A stretch of DNA of 64,000 nucleotides. It comes from an uncultured Arenicella sp. GTDB taxonomy: Bacteria; Pseudomonadota; Gammaproteobacteria; Arenicellales; Arenicellaceae. Positions 1 to 8,513 of the stretch are shown piece after piece; positions within the stretch are counted from its first letter, which is position 1; each line of letters opens with the position of its first letter. The stretch is taken from contig CAXXMW010000008.1 of NCBI GenBank assembly GCA_963669225.2, positions 24,778 through 88,777 on the forward strand. The letters run 5' to 3'. The notes beneath the pieces are model-generated. The model was not told the DNA's origin. It saw only the letters and a program-made list of their open reading frames with translations, and made no database searches. A program made the position numbers and the translations under genes.

Positions 1-1950
1 TGCCAGGCCCGCTTTGTAGTTCAAGCCGACAAGGGGTAACGCATTTCGCACAAGTCGCCAGGTGAGCGAGAACTCGGAGTTGTTCAAGAAGCTCCATCCT
101 GGCGCCCAATTCCAATGAGAGCGAATCTCCTCCGTCGTCCAGCCGTGCCGCTCGCTGAGAGGATCAGAAGCGGAACCCACCACTAGCTCCCGATATAGTT
201 CTTTTCGAGGCCGTGAAAGGTCACTGGACCCAAGAAGGTTACGAAGGGCCGTTCGGCACTCGCGGACAAACAGTGTTTCGCCCAAAGGCCTACGTCGACC
301 TTCAGCCTTTGGGTCTGACTTTAGGCGAGGAAAAGTCCGACTCGCCTTCAGTCTCCACACTGCGTCCCCCGTCAAAGCTCTGCCCAGGTATGCAAGTCTT
401 TCAGCAAGCCAGTGGCTCTCCAGATCAGGCATACCTAGACCCCCGTTGCGTGTACGTTGGATACAGACCTGCCTACGGACCATCGGCCTTGCACCTCCCC
501 AGAGCAATCTGGAAAGGGATCGTTGCAGCGCCAACCGATTTACCTTAGGCAGAGGAAGTACAGCCAATCGGTAAAGGATCAAGGGGAAGACGTACACGGC
601 GCACGCCTCCGCCCTGCCCTTTAAGGACAACCTCCTTGAAAGCCAGATTCCCACCTGAGCATTCACCTTGGCTTGTACTTCCGACCAATTTCGCTCCAGT
701 TGGAGGCCGGGCCCGAACCACACCCCGAGGATGCGGACGGGTCCGTCACTCCAGCGGAACGGCCCCGGAAGAGTATTGCTACCCCTCCAAGCACCGAGCC
801 GCAAACCTTCGCTTTTGTCAAAATTGACCTTGGCTCCTGCAATCCGCTCGTACTCGCTAACCGCCTTCTTCACAGCCTTTATATCCAGACGGCGGGATAC
901 AAACACTGTGATATCATCGGCGAACGCGGAAACCCCTGCCGTAAGAGGGCCAGCAAAAGGGACACCGCGCAGGGCCGGATTTGCCGTCCTATCCCTAAGC
1001 CTACGGAGCAGGGGCTCCAAAGCTAGGACATAGAGAAGAGGAGACAACGGGCAGCCCTGCCGGACCGACCGCTCGACCGCGAACACCGTCGAACGCCTTC
1101 CGTTCACCTGCACCACTGCCTGAGGGTTGTGGTACATCATGCTAATCCATCTGCGGAACTCCGGTTTGAATCCGGCAGTCTCCAAAACAGTCGCCAAAAA
1201 CCGATGGTCAACCCTATCGAAGGCCTTGGACTGATCTAAACTGATCAGCGCGGCCTCGGTGTCGTCTTCTATACCCTCTAGGACCTCGCGAATCAAGTGC
1301 AGGTTGTCCTGGATCGATCTTCCCTTCACAGCAAAGGTCTGCTCAGAGCCGATCAGATCGCTAATGACAAGCTGTAAACGATTCGCTAAGACCCGGGCCA
1401 AAATCTTTAACTCTGTGTTAAGCAGAGTTATGGGCCTGTAATCGTCTAAACCCTCCCAAACATGCCTGCCACCTTTCTTCAGCAATGTGATCACGCCCTT
1501 GGTAACGCTACCAGGGATGGCTCCCTGGGCGAACCAATGGTTGAACATATCCGTCAGAATAGGCACAAACATGTGCGACATCCTCAAGTACACTTCGTAG
1601 GGCAAACCATCTAGTCCCGGCGACTTGTTCAGGCCGACCTGCTTCAACGCGTCACGGACTTCGCATTCAGTAACCACACCCTCGCAGCTAGCCGCTTCAG
1701 CCACCCCAAGGCGGGGGAAGTCGGCAAGATAGCTACGAAACTCCCGGAGCGGGAGATCAGTACAGCGGGCAAAGCGATCCCGAAAGTGCGCCCGAAAGGC
1801 GTCACGAATCTCACGAGTCGATCGCAGCAGTCGCCCATCCGGGGCCTTGACAGAACCGATATACCGATCGGGGAACCTTCGCACTTCTTCTTCACGCGCA
1901 GTCGCGTTCGTTTTCACAGCTTCGTTGAGAACTCTCTTTAACCTAGATCT
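1..1950 (-). pseudogene. ORF2 fragment lacking the endonuclease; retains RT core (QGCPLSP, AFADD); open at the window edge
   Basis: In frame with the equivalent ORF2 region of U1; the upstream UTR sequence has an in-frame TAG at 1960-1962, so there is no fusion ORF. Confidence 0.9.
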
Positions 1951-1951
1951 A
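1..1951 (-). mobile_element. U0: 5'-truncated copy (starts at ORF2 codon ~350, continues beyond left edge)
   Basis: 1-1951 matches U1 3137-5087 (offset 3136). At 1951/1952 the ORF2 sequence AACCTAGATCTA is followed by TTTACCTTCTAG (3' terminus of U1) instead of ACTACGTATCC. Confidence 0.95.
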
Positions 1952-1968
1952 TTTACCTTCTAGTCTAC

Positions 1969-1974
1969 TTTATT
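1969..1974 (-). promoter_or_regulatory. Putative polyadenylation signal AATAAA 17 nt before the element 3' end (same position in every unit, e.g. 8403-8408)
   Basis: Sense strand reads CAGA-AATAAA-GTAGACTAGAAGGTAAA to the terminus defined by the U0 junction; the spacing fits canonical cleavage/polyadenylation. Confidence 0.6.
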
Positions 1975-2659
1975 TCTGTGTAGTGTACACAGAAGGCACA
2001 AGGCCTTGAAGTTTTTGGGGAGGGGAAGGGAGCGGTCATACTTTTCTATATAAACTAAGGAGACCTAGCTAGCCACATTCGCCGACCCATTCAACAATAC
2101 AATAAATATTCATTCATCCATCGCCTTTTGCGCTACAATCACCAAAATACCACATTTGCTCTATGAAGAAGTCCTACTTAAAATCCCGAGATTCGTGAAT
2201 GATTTTATGATTTATTTACAATGAATGTGATGGGAATGGGAGAAAAACCCCGAAATATATACAAAAACAAAGGAAAAATCCCCCGTTTGGTTGCCCTCCC
2301 ATCCCCCCGTCTATAAAATTGGAGGCCGACTGTTTTCCGGGGCGAAAGAACCGGAAACAAGTCGGACCTACCCTAGGTGGGGCAGGGATCCTAATCTACA
2401 GGGGTGAAAAGAATTTAGGGGTCGGGCGCGGTATGGGTTAATACAAGTAGGTGATATGATTTTTATACATATGAATGTTCAAGATCTTCAGTAAACGTGG
2501 ACTGGGATACGGATTGAGGTACAAAAATAATGGGGATGGGGAAGATCTTGAGAACTAACAACTAGATGACGGGGACAATGACTCACAAACATACTGCTAA
2601 CTAGGTACCTGGGTACCAAAAGAAAAAGGGAACAGTTTTACTCACCAGGGGTGGGGTCC

Positions 2660-5600
2660 CTAAGGACCCGTACCGTAGACGCCATGAGCCGGCAGAGGAG
2701 GGAAGGATGACTCCAACGTTGCTCCCTTTCGCACGACCAGGCTCGCTGCATTCACCCACCTTTTGCTGAATGTTATGCGATCCAAGCGTTTTCTATCGCA
2801 TCTGATTTTGACCCTCAGCTGATGCCGAAAATACAAAATCAGATCACGATGAGAAAAGTTTGCATCGTCATACAATCCCTTGTTTCGCGTCGTCCAAATC
2901 ACCATTCTAGCTACAGCTAGGATCGCGAGAAACACCACACGCTTCTCACCCTGATACGGAGGAAGAACGTTGTCCACGACGTAACCAACGTCGAGCAGCA
3001 CGAGCTGTTTGGGTTCGATGCGAGCCGTCCACTCGCCGACGTGATCCCAAAACGGGCGAACTCGCTCGCAGTAGTAGAAGGCGTGCTCAGCCGTTTCTTC
3101 CAAGCCACTGCCGCAGCGAGCGCAATCGGGCATGTCTGCCAGGCCCGCTTTGTAGTTCAAGCCGACAAGGGGTAACGCATTTCGCACAAGTCGCCAGGTG
3201 AGCGAGAACTCGGAGTTGTTCAAGAAGCTCGATCCTGGCGCCCAATTCCAATGAGAGCGAATCTCCTCCGTCGTCCAGCCGTGCCGCTCGCTGAGAGGAT
3301 CAGAAGCGGAACCCACCACTAGCTCCCGATATAGTTCTTTTCGAGGCCGTGAAAGGTCACTGGACCCAAGAAGGTTACGAAGGGCCGTTCGGCACTCGCG
3401 GACAAACAGTGTTTCGCCCAAAGGCCTACGTCGACCTTCAGCCTTTGGGTCTGACTTTAGGCGAGGAAAAGTCCGACTCGCCTTCAGTCTCCACACTGCG
3501 TCCCCCGTCAAGGCTCTGCCCAAGTATGCAAGTCTTTCAGCAAGCCAGTGGCTCTCCAGATCAGGCATACCTAGACCCCCGTTGCGTGTACGTTGGATAC
3601 AGACCTGCCTACGGACCATCGGCCTTGCACCTCCCCAGAGCAATCTGGAAAGGGATCGTTGCAGCGCCAACCGATTTACCTTAGGCAGAGGAAGTACAGC
3701 CAATCGGTAAAGGATCAAGGGGAAGACGTACACGGCGCACGCCTCCGCCCTGCCCTTTAAGGACAACCTCCTTGAAAGCCAGATTCCCACCTGAGCATTC
3801 ACCTTGGCTTGTATTTCCGACCAATTTCGCTCCAGTTGGAGGCCGGGCCCGAACCACACCCCGAGGATGCGGACGGGTCCGTCACTCCAGCGGAACGGCC
3901 CCGGAAGAGTATTGCTACCCCTCCAAGCACCGAGCCGCAAACCTTCGCTTTTGTCAAAATTGACCTTGGCTCCTGCAATCCGCTCGTACTCGCTAACCGC
4001 CTTCTTCACAGCCTTTATATCCAGACGGCGGGATACAAACACTGTGATATCATCGGCGAACGCGGAAACCCTTGCCGTAAGAGGGCCAGCAAAAGGGACA
4101 CCGCGCAGGGCCGGATTTGCCGTCCTATCCCTAAGCCTACGGAGCAGGGGCTCCAAAGCTAGGACATAGAGAAGAGGAGACAACGGGCAGCCCTGCCGGA
4201 CCGACCGCTCGACCGCGAACACCGTCGAACGCCTTCCGTTCACCTGCACCACTGCCTGAGGGTTGTGGTACATCATGCTAATCCATCTGCGGAACTCCGG
4301 TTTGAATCCGGCAGTCTCCAAAACAGTCGCCAAAAACCGATGGTCAACCCTATCGAAGGCCTTGGACTGATCTAAACTGATCAGCGCGGCCTCGGTGCCG
4401 TCTTCTATACCCTCTAGGACCTCGCGAATCAAGTGCAGGTTGTCCTGGATCGATCTTCCCTTCACAGCAAAGGTCTGCTCAGAGCCGATCAGATCGCTAA
4501 TGACAAGCTGTAAACGATTCGCTAAGACCCGGGCCAAAATCTTTAACTCTGTGTTAAGCAGAGTTATGGGCCTGTAATCGTCTAAACCCTCCCAAACATG
4601 CCTGCCACCTTTCTTCAGCAATGTGATCACGCCCTTGGTAACGCTACCAGGGATGGCTCCCTGGGCGAACCAATGGTTGAACATATCCGTCAGAATAGGC
4701 ACAAACATGTGCGACATCCTCAAGTACACTTCGTAGGGCAAACCATCTAGTCCCGGCGACTTGTTCAGGCCGACCTGCTTCAACGCGTCACGGACTTCGC
4801 ATTCAGTAACCACACCCTCGCAGCTAGCCGCTTCAGCCACCCCAAGGCGGGGAAAGTCGGCAAGATAGCTACGAAACTCCCGGAGCGGGAGATCAGTACA
4901 GCGGGCAAAGCGATCCCGAAAGTGCGCCCGAAAGGCGTCACGAATCTCGCGAGCCGATCGCAGCAGTCGCCCATCCGGGGCCTTGACAGAACCGATATAC
5001 CGATCGGGGAACCTTCGCACTTCTTCTTCACGCGCAGTCGCGTTCGTTTTCACAGCTTCGTTGAGAACTCTCTTTAACCTAGATCTAACTACGTATCCCT
5101 TGTAGCGCTCGCTACTCTCGCGCTCAAGGTCCCCCCTAGCTAGCTCTACGTTTAGGGAGTCCCCCCCAGCCACCGCCCGGGAAAGTCTATCGTCTATAGA
5201 TTTCGCTTCCTTGGTCCTATCTAGGTTGAGCTGTTGACCGTACTTGGTAGCGAAATCTCTAATCCTATGTTTAAGAGATCCCCACCACCTATTCCCGGTA
5301 ACCGCCCCCACTAACGCCCGCTGAATTAGGGATTCCAGCCGGTCCCGGAAGTCCCGTATCTCCAGTAAGGAGGTATTGAACTTCCAGTAGCCGGCCAGAC
5401 TAGGCCTATTTGCTAACCGTAGACTGACTCTAACAAGTTTATGGTCAGTCCACGCTATCAAGTGGAACGTGGGACAACTAACAAAATCAATGTCAGCTCG
5501 TCTCACTAACACTCTGTCCAAGTAGGAGCCTACTTTGGCAGAGGGCGAACTATCTAGCCACGTCCACATCTCCCGCCCTGGGTGATCCAGACGAAACCTG

Positions 5601-6127
5601 TCGACGAGGTCATGACGAGTCATGAGGCCGGCAAGGCTGCTTTCACACCTTCCCACACGCCTAGCTCCCCGCCCGACCTTATCTATCTTGGGATCAAGGA
5701 TCGCATTCCAATCACCCATTAAAACTAGCCGCTTCGTATCGTCCAGGAACGGCGCCAACCGACGAAAAAAGGAAACCCTCTCCACAACGATATTGGGCGC
5801 ATAAACCGCAACCAGACGAAACTTGAAACTTTTCACGGCAACATCGGCCACAACCAGTCGGCCCCCGTCACCTGCAAAAACAACGTCAACATCAGCATCA
5901 AGGCTGCGTCCAACTAGCAAAGAAACCCCAACGCTGGTACGGCTGCCGTATGCTGAGAAAACGTTAAAATCGCTTTCCAGCACACGACAGTCGGCACCGC
6001 AAGTGAAATGGGTTTCCTGCACTGCAGCAACATCTACGCCGAGAGTTTTAAGTTCACCAAGCAAGCGCGTACACTTGCCCGGATCCCTCAATCCCCTCAC
6101 ATTCAAAGTAGCAAGGTTTAGAGCCAT
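2660..6127 (-). CDS. U1 ORF2p: APE endonuclease + reverse transcriptase + C-terminal CCHC, 1155 aa
   Basis: EN motifs LNVRG, QETH, VYAP, GDWN, LDR, TDH; RT motifs KSPGLDG, YRPITLLN, LDQSKAFDRV, QGCPLSP, AFADD, ILGV; GGLG motif; CARC-x9-H-x4-C. The ATG at 6127 (MALNLATLNVRG) is preferred over the GTG at 6136. Confidence 0.96.
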   Translation of the reverse strand: MALNLATLNVRGLRDPGKCTRLLGELKTLGVDVAAVQETHFTCGADCRVLESDFNVFSAYGSRTSVGVSLLVGRSLDADVDVVFAGDGGRLVVADVAVKSFKFRLVAVYAPNIVVERVSFFRRLAPFLDDTKRLVLMGDWNAILDPKIDKVGRGARRVGRCESSLAGLMTRHDLVDRFRLDHPGREMWTWLDSSPSAKVGSYLDRVLVRRADIDFVSCPTFHLIAWTDHKLVRVSLRLANRPSLAGYWKFNTSLLEIRDFRDRLESLIQRALVGAVTGNRWWGSLKHRIRDFATKYGQQLNLDRTKEAKSIDDRLSRAVAGGDSLNVELARGDLERESSERYKGYVVRSRLKRVLNEAVKTNATAREEEVRRFPDRYIGSVKAPDGRLLRSAREIRDAFRAHFRDRFARCTDLPLREFRSYLADFPRLGVAEAASCEGVVTECEVRDALKQVGLNKSPGLDGLPYEVYLRMSHMFVPILTDMFNHWFAQGAIPGSVTKGVITLLKKGGRHVWEGLDDYRPITLLNTELKILARVLANRLQLVISDLIGSEQTFAVKGRSIQDNLHLIREVLEGIEDGTEAALISLDQSKAFDRVDHRFLATVLETAGFKPEFRRWISMMYHNPQAVVQVNGRRSTVFAVERSVRQGCPLSPLLYVLALEPLLRRLRDRTANPALRGVPFAGPLTARVSAFADDITVFVSRRLDIKAVKKAVSEYERIAGAKVNFDKSEGLRLGAWRGSNTLPGPFRWSDGPVRILGVWFGPGLQLERNWSEIQAKVNAQVGIWLSRRLSLKGRAEACAVYVFPLILYRLAVLPLPKVNRLALQRSLSRLLWGGARPMVRRQVCIQRTRNGGLGMPDLESHWLAERLAYLGRALTGDAVWRLKASRTFPRLKSDPKAEGRRRPLGETLFVRECRTALRNLLGSSDLSRPRKELYRELVVGSASDPLSERHGWTTEEIRSHWNWAPGSSFLNNSEFSLTWRLVRNALPLVGLNYKAGLADMPDCARCGSGLEETAEHAFYYCERVRPFWDHVGEWTARIEPKQLVLLDVGYVVDNVLPPYQGEKRVVFLAILAVARMVIWTTRNKGLYDDANFSHRDLILYFRHQLRVKIRCDRKRLDRITFSKRWVNAASLVVRKGATLESSFPPLPAHGVYGTGP

Positions 6128-6141
6128 CAATCCCACTTACC

Positions 6142-8089
6142 TTACTCAGTGTCGACTACGGGCCGGAAATCCTTCGGGGTGAGGATGCCGACGGCCTGAC
6201 GCAGGGATCCGGTGCCGAGCTCAGTACTTACTCGGTCGTCCCTGGTAATTCCACCGACATCCATAGGGTACCGCAACTTTAGGGACCTATAGAATGATGG
6301 GTGAACCAAAATCGGGACCCTGCCCGCACAGAAGGGTAGCATTTTTTTCAGCATTGGATTTTTCGTATCGACCAGCATTACATCCGCCCGGCTGGCTTCG
6401 TCAATAAAGTTCCAGAGTTCTTTGGTCCGATTGCCAGCCAAGCGGACGAATGTGGTCAACTTTGGTGCGTCCTTGAATAGATGTGGCTTTGTGATGTCTT
6501 TAGTGTCAATTTTTTGGAGTGAGCGTAATGGTTTTAATGATTGTTTTAAAGTGTGGTCTATGTGTGGATTGTCCATGATATCTTCGCAGAAGTAAAAAGA
6601 GTTTATGGCACGTCGGGCTTCCGTAGAGCGTGCTCTTGGTTTTTGAACAGTTGCTGCTGATGTTGACGGTGTTTGGGGAGAGGGTGTAAGTCTGGTTGCT
6701 GAATAGGATCGAGTAAGCATTTTGGGGGTTTTAATTGGTGAAAGAGAGGGGGGTAATGGTATTTCCGTTGGGATGATAGGGGTTGTTTTTGTTTTTTGTG
6801 GGAGAGGAATCAATTGTGCTGGTCTTTGTTTATTTGGGACTGGTGATTTTTCTGTTGTTTTTTCCCCCTTATTTTGAGGTATGGTGGGTGTTTGTGTGGG
6901 TTTTTTTGGATGTTTTTTCTCCCCCTCTTTAGTTGGTGAATCCTCGCTGTCTCTCCTTCTTTTTAAATTCATGGACATATCCATCGGTTCAATGTTTTGG
7001 TTGTCTTCTTTTGTTGATTGTTTTGCAGTTGATTGTTTCGTATTTGTGGTCGTTGGTTTCGTAGTTGTAGTCAAAAGAGTTGTTGTATCTGTTGTTGCTG
7101 GGTTTTTTAGGGGGAGTTTTTTTCCCTCCCTTTTTTCTGGTGACTTGCGTCCACCCTTCTTCATTTTCTTTAGGGGTTTCTTGTTTGTTTTCTGAGGTTT
7201 CTGTTGGTATTATTGCTGCTATGACAGGTGAAGGAGTAGCAGTAGTAGTAGTAGTAGTATTCGTTGTTGTGGTGGTGATTGTTGATTTTTGAGGGCAGTT
7301 TTTTGAAAAGTGGCCGATGTTATTGCAAAACCAACATAGCGGTTTCCTGCCCTCAACTATGACTGTCATGGTTTGATCGCGGTAACGTATTTTATGGGGA
7401 ATTTTGTTAAACCCTCCCCTATCGAGGCATATAACGAATACGTAGTCACCGTACGCAGTTCCCCGTGTTGACGTTACTTGTGTGACTTGTTCCACGCCGC
7501 CGTATATACTTAGATAGGCGGCGAGGACGTCACCACTCAATTGCATAGATACATTGCATACGGTGACTCGTATTCTTCTTTTGCCTCGATATTCCGGTTG
7601 TAGCCGGAAGAAGCGTGTGGTGATGTTACCACCGGCGAGGCTTTTCGCTACTTCCTCTGAGGGTAATAAGACATCCCAGGTCGCGAAACTTCTGCGGCAG
7701 AAGTACTTCCCTGGGATGTTTGCTGTTTTGAGAAGGTCCTCAAAAGTTTCCTTCTTAATCCCCGCTAGTCTCTTGGTCTTAATGTCTGTGACTACGAAGG
7801 ACAGGGTCTTCGGTTCGACCGCCTCGACCAATTCGGGTATTGGGAGAATTTCCCCGTCCTTGAAATACTTTTCATACTTTTCGACCCTGTCTCTTGCGTA
7901 GTCACAAGGGGATTTTTTATTCACGCAATGTGAAGACCAAGAGACAGCCGTTTGTTTTTGTTTTTGTGCCGGTGGTATTGTACTTGCCGATGAAGAGAGG
8001 TCGAATGGAGCTTCTTCCGGCATTGGGGAGGGTTGCGTTTTGAATATGTCGGTCGGTGATTGCGATTTCATGTTGTTGGGCTCCCCCAT
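6142..8089 (-). pseudogene. U1 ORF1 with a +1 frameshift in the homopolymer tract near 7090-7100
   Basis: Span is 1948 nt (not a multiple of 3); the track splits it into 6989..8089 and 6142..7164. CTGGGTTTTTTAGGGGG has one base more than intact alleles; could be a sequencing error. Confidence 0.85.
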
Positions 8090-8385
8090 AGTTGTGAAAA
8101 CACAACCAGAGGGAGATGAAACGCGTATGGTGTTGCAAAAAATTCAGGCGAGACGAATAAATGTAGAACGATGAATGTTGATAAAAATGGCGGTCGTTTT
8201 TTTTTTAAAAAAGTTCAACAAAAAAATCGAGTCGCGTTTGACCCTCCTCACAAACAAAGAACAATAGTTTGAGGGGGGTCACAAAACTTTAACAACAATA
8301 ACAATATTCAATAACAATAATTTTAACAAATTTTTAACAATAAAGAACTTACTTTTTCGTGGTGAAAAAGAACTCAGACAAAAAA
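8090..8385 (-). promoter_or_regulatory. 5' UTR (~296 nt), presumed internal Pol II promoter region; repeated in each unit
   Basis: Lies between the unit head and the ORF1 ATG; AT-rich, with AACAAT repeats and two hairpins. Promoter function is inferred from L1-clade biology. Confidence 0.55.
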
Positions 8386-8407
8386 TTTACCTTCTAGTCT
8401 GCTTTAT

Positions 8408-8428
8408 TTCTGTGTAGTGTACACAGAA
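8408..8428. other. Perfect 9-bp hairpin TTCTGTGTA-GTG-TACACAGAA immediately 5' of AATAAA in the sense RNA
   Basis: The arms are exact reverse complements; present in all tails, altered at two positions in U5 (around 27710-27722). Confidence 0.7.
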
Positions 8429-8450
8429 GGCACAAGGCCTTGAAGTTTTT

Positions 8451-8513
8451 GGGGAGGGGAAGGGAGCGGTCATACTTTTCTATATAAACTAAGGAGACCT
8501 AGCTAGCCACATT
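8451..8513 (+). promoter_or_regulatory. Candidate antisense core promoter: GGGGAGGGG, TATATAAA (8481), Inr-like CCACATT (8507)
   Basis: The Inr A at 8509 lies 28 nt after the first T of the TATA box; motif order and spacing are the same in all ten tails. Motif match only. Confidence 0.4.

Larger units (their letters stand above)
1952..8385 (-). mobile_element. U1 full-length element (6434 bp); ORF1 frameshifted
   Basis: Bounded by the TTTACC tail at 1952 and the CAGACAAAAAA head at 8385; contains both ORFs and both UTRs. Confidence 0.93.

Noticed and set aside
213-1441. Recurrent plus-strand ORFs of 60-121 aa (MKGHWTQ..., MKARFPP..., MACTSDQ..., MYFRPIS..., MSSSIPS...) in every unit
   Set aside because: They are antisense shadows of the GC-rich ORF2; recurrence only reflects the repeat; no recognisable motifs, and several use non-ATG starts.
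6128-6136. ORF2 start at GTG 6136 (MGLMAL...) as given by the track
   Set aside because: GTG initiation is a prokaryotic ORF-caller convention; ATG 6127 gives the usual short leader before the LNVRG endonuclease motif.
6881-7292. Val/Phe-rich hydrophobic plus-strand ORFs that look like membrane proteins
   Set aside because: They are the reverse complement of the Thr/Lys/Gln-rich ORF1 linker.
8090-8385. HDV-like or hammerhead ribozyme at the 5' end to release unit RNAs
   Set aside because: No CTGATGA...GAAA core or nested double pseudoknot was evident; a covariance-model search is needed to exclude it fully.
1952-8388. Conventional 7-20 bp target-site duplications around units
   Set aside because: None is visible; at most the terminal AAA(A) could be a 3-4 nt duplication, which cannot be distinguished from the element's own end.
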